A DNA stretch of 63,902 nucleotides, filler included, from an uncultured bacterium (GCA_964637655.1; 4 parts of 4 records of this genome joined end to end with filler, not necessarily neighbours in it), one strand, 5' to 3'; shown: positions 1 through 10,825, counted from the whole stretch's first letter. The notes: generated from the sequence alone by a model not told the origin. Numbers and translations are program-made.

Positions 1-1366
1 TGTCCGTTGCCACCGGTGCTGCCGCTGCCGCGACCGGAGCCGCCAGCACCGGGACGCTCCCCGTGCCGAAGCCGAGCATACCGCGCCACGCGGCGCGGTC
101 CTGCGCCCAGGTAATGACCTGCGCCGACGGGTCGAGATACGTTTCCAGTTCCGCCAGCAGCGCCGCCACCGCCGCGACCGAATCGGCTGTCGCCGCCGCC
201 GCCTGCCACGCCGCTGAGCGCGCTGCCCAGGCCGGCGTGAAGGACGCGCCCTGCAGGCCGCCGGCGAACACCGTCAGCCCCTGCGCCAGCCCGCGCGCCT
301 CCGCGGCGGTGGCCAGCGCCCCCGCCCATGCCGTGCGCCGCGCGAACCACGCATCCTGCTGCGCGCTCACCTTCAGCGCCTGGTCGAGTTGCAAAAGCGC
401 CGCGCGCACCGTCGTCTCCGTCGCCGCGTTCACGGCCACCGCGGGGATACTCACCGCCCCCGGTGCCAGCCACGCTTCCAGCGCCTGCAGCCACGTTTCG
501 CGCTCCTGCGGCCATTCCCTGCCGGTGGCCTCCCAGGCGAGCTGGTCCTCCAGTTCGCGCAGCAGGTCGAGTACTGCCGCGGTGTCCGCTGCGTCATGCG
601 TCCGCGCGCTCCAGCCGGCGATATCCCATTCGTTGGCAAACGCCGCGGGCAGACACGCTTCGCCGAGCTGGCGCAGCACTCCGCCCGTCAGCGGCTGCCG
701 CGTCGCGGCCAGCCAGGCCGCGCGCTGGCTGCGCCACGACTTGATGAGCATCTCGCGCTTGAGCGCCGCCTCCAGCTGCCGCACCAGTTCACCCGGTGCG
801 ACAAGTGCTGCCGCGGGTTCGCTTACCGACACCGCTGCCGGCGTAACCGCCGCCGCGTATTCACCGGCCAGCGCGCTCACCGCGGCCAGCCACGCCCCGC
901 TGGCGCGTTCCCACGAGTCGTCCATCGCGTCACGCGTCAGCGTCCAGGCGCGCGCGCGCAGCAGTTCCGCCAGCGTCGGCACGGTCGCGGCATCGCCGAT
1001 CCGCCCGCGCCACGCCGCGCGCTCCGCCAGACCGTCCGCGGTCAGCGCCTCGTCACGCAGCGAGGCATCGTAGTCGACAAGCAGCTGCCCCGCCTCCGCC
1101 GGTGTCGTCGCCCGGCGCAGTTTCCTGCCCCACTCGAGGCGCTCGATATTCCAGCCGCGGCGCTGCGCCCCGTAGGTGGTCTGCTCTTCGAGTTGTTCGA
1201 GCAGCGTGCAGAATTGCGCGACGTCCGTGTCGCGTGCCACGGCAGTATCCGCTGTCTGCAGCACGTCAGCCAGCACCTGCCCGAAAATGCCCCATGGATT
1301 GGCAGCCGTGTCCGCCGCGAATGCCGGCAGCGGCAGCAGCACGAGCAGCAGCGCGAGGTACTTCAC
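1..1366 (-). CDS. Secreted Trp-rich helical-repeat protein, 3' end runs off the window (not in ORF track)
   Basis: Manual translation from GTG at 1366 (GTGA overlap with the nitrilase stop) is open to position 1: MKYLALLLVLLPLPAFA signal peptide, then nine LxxLExxL...WxxxRxxW units. Confidence 0.8.
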   Translation of the reverse strand, partial: MKYLALLLVLLPLPAFAADTAANPWGIFGQVLADVLQTADTAVARDTDVAQFCTLLEQLEEQTTYGAQRRGWNIERLEWGRKLRRATTPAEAGQLLVDYDASLRDEALTADGLAERAAWRGRIGDAATVPTLAELLRARAWTLTRDAMDDSWERASGAWLAAVSALAGEYAAAVTPAAVSVSEPAAALVAPGELVRQLEAALKREMLIKSWRSQRAAWLAATRQPLTGGVLRQLGEACLPAAFANEWDIAGWSARTHDAADTAAVLDLLRELEDQLAWEATGREWPQERETWLQALEAWLAPGAVSIPAVAVNAATETTVRAALLQLDQALKVSAQQDAWFARRTAWAGALATAAEARGLAQGLTVFAGGLQGASFTPAWAARSAAWQAAAATADSVAAVAALLAELETYLDPSAQVITWAQDRAAWRGMLGFGTGSVPVLAAPVAAAAAPVATD

Positions 1367-2217
1367 CGCTTCCCCTTCGTCAGCGCGCCGTAGAGGCGCG
1401 GCTGCCGGTCGCGCCGCCAGTTCCGCCCCGGCGCCGTGCGCAGGTCGGCCGCATCGAGCGTCGCCAGCAGCAGCTGCTCCTGCTCTTCCGCCTGCGCCAG
1501 CACCTTACCCTGCGGCCCGATAATGCAGCTCCGCCCGAGGAAGCGCAGCTCCCCCTCCTCACCGCAGCGGTTGGCCGCGACGACAAAAACGCCGTTGGTG
1601 CAGGCGAGCGCCTGCAGTTCGCACAGCCAGCTCCCGGCCGCCCCCTGCGGGGTTGCCGACGGGATGATGAGCAGGTCCGCCCCCTGCAGCGCGAGTGCGC
1701 GCGCCGCCTCGGGGAAATGCCGGTCGTAGCAGAGCAGCAGTCCCGCTTTCATGCCGGCCGCGCGCACGGGCTTGAGCACTATCCCCGCGCGGAAGCACTC
1801 CTGCTCGCGCGCCGCGGGGAACTGCGGCAGATGCGTCTTGCGGTAGGTGGCGGCGATTTTGCCGCGCGCGTCGATGAGCACCGCGCTCAGGTACGGTTTC
1901 CCCGCCCCGGCCGTCTCCGCCACCGAGACCACCGCGGCAATACCGCACTCGCGCGCTATCGCCGCCACGTTGTTGACAAAGGGGCCGGGGACCGGCTCGA
2001 CATGCGCGCGGGGCGCCCGCCGCTGCCGCGCCGGGAAGTAGGGGGCGTTGGTCAGCTCAGGAAAAACAATGAGCGCGGCACCGCGCCGGGCCGCGCGTTC
2101 CATATGCCGCCGTACGCGCAGCAGCTGGTCGTAAATCCCCAGGTCGCCGCACGGGCATTGCGCCACCGCTATCGTGAGCAGTCCATCAGGTTGTGCGTGC
2201 CGCATCATGCCTGCCAT
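1363..2217 (-). CDS. Carbon-nitrogen hydrolase (nitrilase superfamily; amidase/N-carbamoylase-like)
   Basis: Glu-Lys-Cys triad motifs FPEL, YRKTHLP, LCYDRHFPE; start at 2217 chosen from the upstream promoter. Confidence 0.85.
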   Translation of the reverse strand: MAGMMRHAQPDGLLTIAVAQCPCGDLGIYDQLLRVRRHMERAARRGAALIVFPELTNAPYFPARQRRAPRAHVEPVPGPFVNNVAAIARECGIAAVVSVAETAGAGKPYLSAVLIDARGKIAATYRKTHLPQFPAAREQECFRAGIVLKPVRAAGMKAGLLLCYDRHFPEAARALALQGADLLIIPSATPQGAAGSWLCELQALACTNGVFVVAANRCGEEGELRFLGRSCIIGPQGKVLAQAEEQEQLLLATLDAADLRTAPGRNWRRDRQPRLYGALTKGKR

Positions 2218-2225
2218 AGTCGCGA

Positions 2226-2254
2226 AGTATACCCTATGACAGCGCGAAAGGCAA
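2226..2254 (-). promoter_or_regulatory. Sigma70-type promoter of the nitrilase gene (near-leaderless)
   Basis: Minus strand TTGCCT-N17-TATACT, 8 nt before ATG 2217. Confidence 0.6.
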
Positions 2255-2264
2255 TATAGTTGCA

Positions 2265-2293
2265 TGGACAAACAGGGTTGGTTGTGCTATCAT
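2265..2293 (+). promoter_or_regulatory. Sigma70-type promoter of the GT2 cluster (leaderless-type)
   Basis: TGGACA-N17-TATCAT with extended TG, 6 nt before ATG 2300. Confidence 0.6.
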
Positions 2294-2299
2294 TCCGCC

Positions 2300-3016
2300 A
2301 TGAACGCCGCGCCGCAACTGTCGCTCATCCTTACTACCTACAACGATGCGGGAGTGCTGGCTGCCTCGCTTCCGGTCATCGACAGTTTCTTCCGTCGCAC
2401 CGCCATCACGCATGAGCTCATCGTGGTCGATGACGGTTCCACCGCACCCGTGGCACTGCAGGCACTCGAACAGCTGCGCCGCGAGCGTCCCGACCTGGTC
2501 ATGCTCTCGCTGCCGCGGAACTGCGGACGCGGGGCCGCGGTCAAGGAGGGGCTGCGCCGCGCGCGCGGCGTCTATGCCGGGTTCATTGACAATGACCTTG
2601 AGATCCCCGTCTATTACCTGCTCCCCATGCTGCAGGTGCTGGAAACCGGAGCCGATGTCGTGCTCGCCAGCCGCGTCTATACCCTCACCCTGCGCAACAG
2701 CGTCCGCTACGTCTTGACCAAGGGCTATGCCGGCATGGCCAACCTGCTGCTCGGCCTGCCAGATCTCGATACCGAAACCGGCGCCAAGCTCTTCCGCCGG
2801 GAAAAGGTGCTGACGCTGCTGCCGCTGACCCCCAACGACCGCTGGTTCTGGGATACGGAAATCGTCTTCCAGGCCCACCGCGCCGGGCTCGATATCAGGC
2901 AGGTGGCCATCGCGCTCAACAAGCGGCATGATGTGCCGACCAGCGTCGATTTCCTGCCGGCCATCAGCGGCTACCTGCGCGACCTGCTGCGCCTGGCCTG
3001 GCGCTCACACCGCTGA
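2300..3016 (+). CDS. Glycosyltransferase family 2, polyprenol-phosphate sugar synthase-like
   Basis: LSLILTTYND, VVDDGS, NCGRGAAV, FIDNDL, DTETGAKLF, WFWDTEI motifs. Confidence 0.88.
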   Translation: MNAAPQLSLILTTYNDAGVLAASLPVIDSFFRRTAITHELIVVDDGSTAPVALQALEQLRRERPDLVMLSLPRNCGRGAAVKEGLRRARGVYAGFIDNDLEIPVYYLLPMLQVLETGADVVLASRVYTLTLRNSVRYVLTKGYAGMANLLLGLPDLDTETGAKLFRREKVLTLLPLTPNDRWFWDTEIVFQAHRAGLDIRQVAIALNKRHDVPTSVDFLPAISGYLRDLLRLAWRSHR

Positions 3017-3027
3017 CCGCTCCCGGC

Positions 3028-4374
3028 ATGCGCCGTCTCCTGCTGCTCTTCCTGCTGCTCACTGTCGTCAAGGGAGCCGCGCTCGACGCGCAGAGTTTGT
3101 GGATTGATGAAGGCCATACGTGGCATGATGCCGTAGCCGGCAACATCCTGCATCCCGAAGGCACCACCCCGCTCTGGACCGCGGTCTCGGTCCTGGCCCT
3201 GCACCTCGGGGCCATGCTTCCGGTGGAAACCGCGCTGCGCCTGCCGTCGCTGCTCTGCGGCCTGGCCGCGCTCGCCGTGCTGGCCTTCGCCTTCCCGTTC
3301 CCCCGCAGCGCAAGCCGCCTCTGGATTCTGCTGCTGACCGGGCTGCATCCCCTGCTCTACTGGCATGACCGCGATGCGCGTATGTACTCCCTGCTCTTCC
3401 TCTGTGCCAGCGTCATCGTCACCGTCATCGCCCGCCGTCTCGACGGCCGGCATGCCCCGTTCGCCCTTGCCTTCCTCGCCGCCGTCATCGGCACCTACGC
3501 GCACCCGTTCCTCCTCGCGCTGCTCGGCCCGCTGACCCTCTGGCTCTGGTGGCAGCCGGTGCTGCTGTCGCGTCGTGCCCTCGTCGGCGCCGTGCTCTGT
3601 TTCGTCCTCTGTCTGCTTCCCCTGCTCGCCGTCTATGGAGAAACGCTGCTCCGCTTTGGCACGCCCACTGCCCCGCCACCGTTCGCTGAACGGCTCACCG
3701 GTGCCGTCCATGCCGGGGCGCAGGCGCTCTTCGGCTACTCCGCGTTCTCGCGCCGCCATTTTCCCCTCTGGACCGCCGTCGGCCTCCCCCTCTGCACCGC
3801 CATCCTCCTCGTGCTCGTTGTCCGCGGACTGCGCACCCCGTCATCCGCCCGTGCGCTCTTCGTAGCCACGTCGCTCGCCCCGGCCCTCCTCACTTTGTGT
3901 GCCGGTGCCGCCGGTGCCGTGTTCGTCATGCCGCGCTATTTCATCATCTGCCTGCCGGCGCTGCTTGCCCTGCTCGCCTGCCTGCCCGCCGCCCGTTCCA
4001 CCCGTCTCATGCTCCTGCTGCTGATCGCCGTCTTTGCTTTCGGTTCGTCTACCGCGGCCACCGACCCGCGCTTCGCCCGCGAGGACTGGCGCGGCCTGGC
4101 GGCACTCATGCAGGAGACCGTTGCTGCCGGTGGCGAAGCGGGTTTCATCGGTGCCCCGCCCCACGTCTACCGCCTCTATCAGCAGGCCGCTCCGGCGGTT
4201 GCCGACAGCACCGCCTGGCTTGACACCGCCCCGCCCGGCACGCGGCTGCTCGTGCTCTATCACGCCTATCGCCGCCTCGCCGTGCCGCTGCGCGACGATC
4301 CGCGCTACCGGGTGCGTGACTGGTCACGCTTCGTGCTGGTGACACTTGACGCTAACACCGCCGGTGCTGTATAA
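3028..4374 (+). CDS. Polytopic GT-C fold glycosyltransferase (PMT/ArnT-like)
   Basis: SLWIDEG after TM1, ARMYSL motif, many hydrophobic segments, REDWR motif. Confidence 0.75.
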   Translation: MRRLLLLFLLLTVVKGAALDAQSLWIDEGHTWHDAVAGNILHPEGTTPLWTAVSVLALHLGAMLPVETALRLPSLLCGLAALAVLAFAFPFPRSASRLWILLLTGLHPLLYWHDRDARMYSLLFLCASVIVTVIARRLDGRHAPFALAFLAAVIGTYAHPFLLALLGPLTLWLWWQPVLLSRRALVGAVLCFVLCLLPLLAVYGETLLRFGTPTAPPPFAERLTGAVHAGAQALFGYSAFSRRHFPLWTAVGLPLCTAILLVLVVRGLRTPSSARALFVATSLAPALLTLCAGAAGAVFVMPRYFIICLPALLALLACLPAARSTRLMLLLLIAVFAFGSSTAATDPRFAREDWRGLAALMQETVAAGGEAGFIGAPPHVYRLYQQAAPAVADSTAWLDTAPPGTRLLVLYHAYRRLAVPLRDDPRYRVRDWSRFVLVTLDANTAGAV

Positions 4375-4382
4375 ACAGCGCC

Positions 4383-4934
4383 ATGGACAAGATTATCAGC
4401 GAGGTGCCGCCCAGCCGTCTCCTCCGCTATGCGCTCTACCGCTTCGTCAGCATCCTTTACCGCCTGCTCATCTTTTCCCCGCTGCAGCTGTTTTTGCTGC
4501 GCCTCTGCGGCGCCACCATCGGCCGCAACGTCGTCTGCGAGCCCTCCTCCTTCTACAACCTCTATGTCCGCGGGTTCCGCAATCTCGTCATCGGTGACAA
4601 CGTCTATATCGGGCCCGAATGTCTCTTCGATCTCGCCAACCGCATCGAGATCCGCGACAATGCCACGCTCGCCGCGCGCGTCAACATCGTCACGCATCTC
4701 AACGTCGGCTATAAGGACCACCCGCTGCAGCAGCGGATGCCGCGCCAGGACACTGCGGTCATCATCGGCGCGGGCGCGTTCGTCGGCACCGGCACCATCA
4801 TCCTCGCCGGCAAACATATCGGGACCAACACGTTTGTCGGGGCCGGGTCGCTGGTGCATCGTTCCACTGAAGACAACGCGCTCTATGCCGGCGTCCCCGC
4901 GAAAAAGATTTCCGACCTGACCGATGCGCTCTGA
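4383..4934 (+). CDS. Hexapeptide-repeat (LbH) O-acyltransferase
   Basis: GATIGRNV, LVIGDNVYIG, IIGAGAFVG, YAGVPAKKI. Confidence 0.88.
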   Translation: MDKIISEVPPSRLLRYALYRFVSILYRLLIFSPLQLFLLRLCGATIGRNVVCEPSSFYNLYVRGFRNLVIGDNVYIGPECLFDLANRIEIRDNATLAARVNIVTHLNVGYKDHPLQQRMPRQDTAVIIGAGAFVGTGTIILAGKHIGTNTFVGAGSLVHRSTEDNALYAGVPAKKISDLTDAL

Positions 4935-5943
4935 CGTCGCTCCCCTGGCCGGCCTCGCCTGGTCGCTCGCCGCTGATGGCTGCCTTACCCCGTCACGCCT
5001 CGCCACGCTCGCGCGCAACACCGGGCGCGGGCTGGCGCTCGATGAGCGCGCCGGCCCGCTGCCATCCGCGCTCGTCATCGAGCCGACCGATGCCTGCACC
5101 CTCGACTGTCCCGGCTGCGGCTACAATCTTTCCGTGCCGAAAACGCGCACGCGTCTTGCCTTCAGCGACTATACCCGCATCATCGACGAAGCCGCACCCG
5201 CCGCCATTGCCGTGCTCCTCTATCTTGCCGGCGAGCCCTTCCTGCATCCGGAACTCCCGGCCATGGTTGAGCATGCCGCGCGCCGCCGACTGGCGGTAGT
5301 CATCAGCACCAACGGCAATTTTCCCGCGCCCGCTGACTGGGCGCAGCGTCTCGCGCAGGCGCACTGCCATACGCTGATCTTTTCGCTCTCGGGACATGCG
5401 CAGGAGGTCTATGCCGCCTACCACCGTCGCGGTTCGCTCGCCGCGGTGCAGGAACGCATCCGCGAGGCGCTTGCCGCCCGCCGCAGCGGACGTCATCCGC
5501 GCGTGGTCATCCGCTACCTCGACACCGGCACCAATGCCGGCGACATCGCCGCGGCCCGCGCGTATTACACGAATCTCGGGGTCGACCGCTTCGAAGTGCG
5601 GCAGGCACTGGCGCAGTTGTCGGTCAGCGGCACAAACGCTGCTCCTGCCCCCTCCGGCAACAGCCAACCCGCCCGGCACAATGCCTGTTTCTGGCTCTGG
5701 AGTATCCCGGTCATCAAGGCCGACCTGCGCGTCATCCCCTGCTGCTACGAGTTTTTCGGGGTGCCGCCGCTCGGCTCGCTGCGTGACCGTTCGCTGGCGG
5801 AGATCTGGAACGGGCCGGCCTACCGCGCGTTCCGCGCCCGCGTGCTGCGCGAGCGCCCGACCATACCCTGCTGCGCGCAATGCCGCAGCCGCCTCGGCTT
5901 CCAGGACGAAGCCTTCGCCGAAAAGCGCACGGTCACGCTGTGA
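4924..5943 (+). CDS. Radical SAM/SPASM(twitch)-domain protein
   Basis: CTLDCPGC motif, GEPFLHP, C-terminal CFWLW..VIPCC..LAEIWNG..CCAQC. Confidence 0.88.
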   Translation: MRSDVAPLAGLAWSLAADGCLTPSRLATLARNTGRGLALDERAGPLPSALVIEPTDACTLDCPGCGYNLSVPKTRTRLAFSDYTRIIDEAAPAAIAVLLYLAGEPFLHPELPAMVEHAARRRLAVVISTNGNFPAPADWAQRLAQAHCHTLIFSLSGHAQEVYAAYHRRGSLAAVQERIREALAARRSGRHPRVVIRYLDTGTNAGDIAAARAYYTNLGVDRFEVRQALAQLSVSGTNAAPAPSGNSQPARHNACFWLWSIPVIKADLRVIPCCYEFFGVPPLGSLRDRSLAEIWNGPAYRAFRARVLRERPTIPCCAQCRSRLGFQDEAFAEKRTVTL

Positions 5944-6883
5944 CCCTCCGTTTTGCCCGCACCTGTCCGCGCACGACCAACGTGCTGCTCTTCTTCGCTG
6001 CACTTGGCGTCGCGCTCGCGCTCGCCGAGACCGTGTTGCGGTTCGCCTATCTGCGCAGCGACGCATTCGGCAATACCGTCGCCTCCCGCCAATGGCGTAA
6101 ACGCTACTGGCAGCCAATCAACACGCAGGGGTATCGTGATCAGGAGTGGGACCTGCGTCCCGGACGCCGGCGCATCGTGCTGCTTGGCGATTCGTTCTTC
6201 GCCGGGGCAGGTATCGAGGACATCGCCAGCCGCCTCGACGGTCACCTGCGACGCCGTTTTCCTGACCACTCATTTTCACCATAGCGCAGTGCGGCTGGAA
6301 CACCCCCGAACAGCTGCGTGCGCTGCAGTCGCTTCCATTCACCGTCGACCGTGTCATCCTCGGCTACTACATGAACGATATCGGCACACCGCGCGTGCCC
6401 CTGCCGCCGGTCAGCAGCGGCTGGTGGCTGGTGGAAAAATCAGCACTGCTCAATTTTGCCTGGTGGAGTGTCGCCCGACGCGATGCCGCGTGGCAGGCAT
6501 ACGCCGCCGCGACCCTCGCCCAGTACACTGAAGCCGCCACCTGGGCACGGCACCGCAGTGAAATCGACGCACTCCTCGGCGCCTGCCGGGCGTATCCGGA
6601 ACCTCCGCTGGTCGTCTTTTTCCCGATTCTGACCGCGCCGGACCATCCGGCGCACGCGGTTGTCCGCGCGCACTTACGCGCCACCGGCACCGGGTGCCTC
6701 GATGTTGCCGCCCTGCTGCACAAACACCGGTTCACCGTCAACGATAGCGTGGTCAATGCGCTCGACCCGCACCCCTCAGTCCGCCTGCTGACGCTGCTTG
6801 CTGACGAAGTAAGCGCCCGCCTTACCGTTGCACCTGATACATCCGCAAGCGCAGCGACAGTCCCAGCACCGACACTGAACTGA
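5940..6883 (+). pseudogene. Membrane-anchored SGNH/GDSL hydrolase split by a one-base frameshift near 6270
   Basis: First frame gives a TM segment, INTQGYRD and LLGDSF (block I) then a stop at 6284; the other frame from 6266 gives IAQCGWNT, GYYMNDI and DPHPS (blocks II, III, V). Confidence 0.75.
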
Positions 6884-8963
6884 GCGCCATTGCCAGCGCC
6901 GCGTACTGCGGCTTGAACGTAATTCCCCACGGCAGCAGCGCGCCCATCGCCGCCGGGATGAGCAGGATATTGTAGGCGAACGCCCAGAACAGATTGCCGC
7001 GGATGCGCGACATGACCGCGCGTCCCAGGCGTACCGCCGCCGCCACGCCGCGCGGATCATCGCGCATCAGCACCACGCTGCCGCTCTCCCGGGCAATGTC
7101 CGTGCCGCCCCCCATGGCGATGCCGGCCGCGGCTGACGCCAGCAGCGGCGCATCGTTGATGCCGTCGCCGACCGCTACCGGCGCCGCATCGAGTGCCTGC
7201 ACCTCGCCCAGCGCCTGCAGTTTTCCCTCCGGGAGCAGTCCGGCCCGGACGTTCTGTCTGGCGATGCCAAGTTGTGCTGCCACTGCCAGCGCCGTGCGTT
7301 CATGGTCGCCGGTCAGCAGCCAGACGTCGAGTCCGAGCGCGCGGCACTCAGCCACTGCCTGCGCTGCCGTCGGGCGCAGCGGGTCGCTGATGCCAAGCAC
7401 GCCAGCCCAGCGGCCGTCGATGACCACCCCGGCCACCGTCGCTGCCTGCGCACTCAACGCGTCCGTCTGCTGCTGCAGCGCCGCCGGCAGTATACCCGCT
7501 TTTTCCTGCAGCCACGCAATGCTGCCTGCCAGCACCGTGCGCCCGTCAACGTCCGCCTGCACGCCTTTGCCGGCAGCCACCTGTGCGTCTGCCGCGGCCG
7601 GCAGCACGATCCCACGCGCGCGCGCCGCCGCCACCACCGCGTCACCCAGCGGATGGTTCGCCTGCTGTTCCGCTGCCGCCGCCAGCCGCAGCATGTCCGC
7701 TTCCGTCATGCCGTCTGCCATGTGCAGCGTCGTCAGCGTCGGTTTCCCCAGCGTCAGCGTTCCCGTCTTGTCGAAGATCACCGCCTCCGCCTTTGCCAGC
7801 GCCTCGAAGGCCGCGCTATCGCGCACGAGTATCCCCGCGCGCGCCCCGACGCCCAGCCCGACCGTCACCGCCGCCGGGGTCGCCAGTCCCAACGCGCAGG
7901 GGCAGGCGACGGCCACCGTGGCGATAAAGATGCCCAGCGCTGCCGCGCCTCCGGCCTCACCCAGGTATGCCCCCGCGGCACCTGCGCCCGCCAGCAGCAG
8001 CACCAGTGGAATGAAATACGCCGTCACGCGGTCGGCAAGTTGCTGCACCGGCGGCTTCGAGCTCTGTGCCTCGCGCACGATACGCACGATATTCGCCAGC
8101 ACGGTCTCTTCGCCCACCGCGGTCGCTTCTATCCGCAACGTGCCGGTAAGGTTGCGCGTGCCGCCCGTCACCGCATCACCCGCGCGCTTGCGCACCGGGA
8201 GCGGTTCGCCCGTCAGCATCGACTCGTCGACCGTGCTGCTCCCCGCGGTGATGATGCCGTCGACGGGTACCGTATCACCCGCGCGCACCACCAGCGTCTC
8301 GCCTGCTTGCACCTCGGCCAGCGACACCGTCTGCTCCGAAGCGCCGCGCAGCACGATGGCGGTAGCCGGGCGCAAATCAAGCAGCGCGCGTATCGCCGCC
8401 CCCGTCTTCCCCTTCGCCCTGCCTTCGAGCCAGCGTCCGGCCAGCAGGAACCCCGCGAGCATCAGCGCCGCGTCAAGCAGTTGAAACTCCGCTGCCAGCA
8501 CACCCGTAGCCGCCAGCAGACCGGCCACTGCGCTCGTGCCGATGCCGAGCGCGTACATCACGTCCATCGTCAGGTGCCGTCCGCGCAGGGCGCGCCACGC
8601 GCCGGCATAAATTGGCCAGGCGCTGAACACCAGTGCCGCCAGCGCGACCGGCAGCAGGAACATCCCCGCGTCATGCAACACCATCAGCAACAGTGAAACG
8701 GCAAAAGCACCCCCGATGCGCGCGGGGAGCAGGCGGTCGTCGACCGGTTTTTGTTCTTCTGCCGCCACCCAGGTATACCCCGCACGCGTCACCGCCTCGC
8801 GTAGCATCGCCTCCGTCACGCTCCCGTCATGCGTGATGTGCGCGCTCCCGTCGAGCACATTGACCTGCGCCGCGCGCACCCCGGGCACGTCCTGCAGCGC
8901 CTGCTCCACCCGCGCCGCACACGCCGCGCAGTGCATCCCCCCGATGCGAACAGCGGTCTTCAT
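6822..8963 (-). CDS. copA: P1B-type heavy-metal (Cu+) translocating ATPase
   Basis: GMHCAAC metal-binding domain, [23 protein letters not shown] and MxxSS motifs. Confidence 0.92.
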   Translation of the reverse strand: MKTAVRIGGMHCAACAARVEQALQDVPGVRAAQVNVLDGSAHITHDGSVTEAMLREAVTRAGYTWVAAEEQKPVDDRLLPARIGGAFAVSLLLMVLHDAGMFLLPVALAALVFSAWPIYAGAWRALRGRHLTMDVMYALGIGTSAVAGLLAATGVLAAEFQLLDAALMLAGFLLAGRWLEGRAKGKTGAAIRALLDLRPATAIVLRGASEQTVSLAEVQAGETLVVRAGDTVPVDGIITAGSSTVDESMLTGEPLPVRKRAGDAVTGGTRNLTGTLRIEATAVGEETVLANIVRIVREAQSSKPPVQQLADRVTAYFIPLVLLLAGAGAAGAYLGEAGGAAALGIFIATVAVACPCALGLATPAAVTVGLGVGARAGILVRDSAAFEALAKAEAVIFDKTGTLTLGKPTLTTLHMADGMTEADMLRLAAAAEQQANHPLGDAVVAAARARGIVLPAAADAQVAAGKGVQADVDGRTVLAGSIAWLQEKAGILPAALQQQTDALSAQAATVAGVVIDGRWAGVLGISDPLRPTAAQAVAECRALGLDVWLLTGDHERTALAVAAQLGIARQNVRAGLLPEGKLQALGEVQALDAAPVAVGDGINDAPLLASAAAGIAMGGGTDIARESGSVVLMRDDPRGVAAAVRLGRAVMSRIRGNLFWAFAYNILLIPAAMGALLPWGITFKPQYAALAMALSSVSVLGLSLRLRMYQVQR

Positions 8964-10825
8964 TCGTGCATCTTCCCGCTGTTCTGCTTTCCCTCACCCT
9001 CAGGCAGGGACGCCGCCGCAGTTCCGTGTCTCCCCTCTCCCGCCGGGGTATGCGCCGCCGCAGTTCCGTGTTTCTCCTCCCCCGCAGGGATAGACGCCGG
9101 CGCAGTTTCGTGTTTTTCCTTTCCTTCAGGGAAAGGACGCCGCGTAGCGGCGGGTGAGGGTTGCGTCAGCGCACGCGCAGCAACAACGTTCAGCAACAGG
9201 ACGGCGGCCAGCCAGGCATACGCTTTACCGTCAAGCGGAAGGGAAAAGTGCGTGCCGACCCGCACCAGCGACGGCAGGTAGCCAACCGCCTGCGGTGCCA
9301 CGGTCTGCACGAGACGATTACGCCCGTCTGCACGTTCGTAGCGGAAGACCGGGGCGATGGCGCCAGCCAGGTAAAGCAGCAGCGAGACGCCAAGCAGCAG
9401 GGTGAGCAGCGTCCTTCCGCGCGGCGCGAATTGCTGCCAGAGGAAACCGGTCAGCAACGCGAGAAAAGGCGCGACCGGGGCGAGATAACGCCCGCTCACT
9501 GCCCCCACACCCCAGATACCGAACCAGCCGTGGAAGAAACTGAACCCTGCGACCACCAGCAGCGAAACACCACCTGCGAAAGACAACGCGCGTACGCGCC
9601 GCAGCGCCACGTACACCGCCAGCGGCAACAGCAGGAAGATCGGGGCGATGAACCAGAGGCCGTATTCCTGGTCGAGGAAAAAGCGCAGCACCTGTGACGG
9701 GAAGAGTTCCGGGAAAAGCGTTGCTTCACCGCCACGATGCCCGGGGGCCGACAGCAGCCGGCGATACCCGAGCATCGCCAGTCCAAGCACCCCCACGCCG
9801 GTCACCAGCGCTGCCGCCGCAATTTTCCGTGTGCGCAACCGCCAGAGCGCGGCAAGAAGCAGCGCCAGCGCAAGGTAGGCGTAGCGCGCATGCAGCCAGG
9901 GGAGCGTGCCGAGACAGAGCGCGACCGCCGCCACTGGCACTTTCTCGCGCAACAGCAGGCGCAGCGCAATGACCGTCAGCAGCGCGGCAAACAGTTCCGG
10001 GTAGATATGTGTCGCGAAAGTCGCTGCAGGGGCGCAGAGCGCCCCGCACAACCAGCTAAAACAGGCCGCGCCATGCTCCGCGAACACCGCCGTGCAAAGT
10101 TTCCAGAACTGCCAGGCCAGCACGGTTGCCAGCAGCAGTTGCAGGAACACCGCCCCGGTGTTCCCCGCCAGCGCATACCCCGGCAGCAACAACGCGCAGT
10201 AGGTCGGGAAATAGCCGGCATGGTGGCGGATGCTGCCGTCCGCCTGCGGCACCGCCTCCAGCAGATGGTGCAATGCAGGCGGCACATTGTTCGTCAGGTC
10301 AAGATCCCCGTCAGCCAGTACGCTCGCGCACATCCAGAGATAGTACGGCTCGTCGCCATGTACATCGTGCAGAATGATGGCGGGAAAAGCGCCGAGGTAA
10401 GCCAGCAGCGCGATGGCGGCAGCCAGAGCTGCCTTTCTCCGCGCTGACAACGTCGCCCCGCGCCACAGTGCACGCAGCAGCAGCGCTGCCGCGATCAGCA
10501 GCGTCCCCGCCCATACCGCGAGCAGCACGTACTTGTGCACGCCCAGCGCATTACGGAAAGCACCAACTTCAGCGATGAACCACCCGGGCAGGTGCAGCCA
10601 GCAGGCGAGCAACGGCAGCAGCACTACCCGCGGCCCGGTCTGCGGCAACAGCACATACGCAGCGCTGAACCATGCCCCGGCCAGTAGCGGGGCGGTGACC
10701 AGCAGAACGAGCATCATCGGTACGATATACGCGGCCGGAAAAACAGCTGACACATAGGCCCCCAGCAACAGCAGACCGGCGAACACGGCAATAGCAATGA
10801 TGATGTCAGGCAGCGTCTTTAGCAT
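8960..10825 (-). CDS. Polytopic membrane protein, GT-C-like glycosyltransferase
   Basis: GDEPYY...[13 protein letters not shown] loop, [18 protein letters not shown]; start 10825 supported by the promoter 7 nt upstream. Confidence 0.7.
   Translation of the reverse strand: MLKTLPDIIIAIAVFAGLLLLGAYVSAVFPAAYIVPMMLVLLVTAPLLAGAWFSAAYVLLPQTGPRVVLLPLLACWLHLPGWFIAEVGAFRNALGVHKYVLLAVWAGTLLIAAALLLRALWRGATLSARRKAALAAAIALLAYLGAFPAIILHDVHGDEPYYLWMCASVLADGDLDLTNNVPPALHHLLEAVPQADGSIRHHAGYFPTYCALLLPGYALAGNTGAVFLQLLLATVLAWQFWKLCTAVFAEHGAACFSWLCGALCAPAATFATHIYPELFAALLTVIALRLLLREKVPVAAVALCLGTLPWLHARYAYLALALLLAALWRLRTRKIAAAALVTGVGVLGLAMLGYRRLLSAPGHRGGEATLFPELFPSQVLRFFLDQEYGLWFIAPIFLLLPLAVYVALRRVRALSFAGGVSLLVVAGFSFFHGWFGIWGVGAVSGRYLAPVAPFLALLTGFLWQQFAPRGRTLLTLLLGVSLLLYLAGAIAPVFRYERADGRNRLVQTVAPQAVGYLPSLVRVGTHFSLPLDGKAYAWLAAVLLLNVVAARALTQPSPAATRRPFPEGKEKHETAPASIPAGEEKHGTAAAHTPAGEGRHGTAAASLPEGEGKQNSGKMHE
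8985..9160. repeat. Three degenerate 42-bp tandem repeats in the 3' tail of the GT-C-like gene
   Basis: CGCCG(C/G)CGCAGTT(C/T)CGTGT at 9011, 9053, 9095; translated as PxGExxHxTAxAxx. Confidence 0.8.

Noticed and set aside
6822-6883. 62-bp convergent overlap of the SGNH and copA 3' ends
   Set aside because: Probably a low-complexity tail extension in GC-rich DNA, with no evidence of function.
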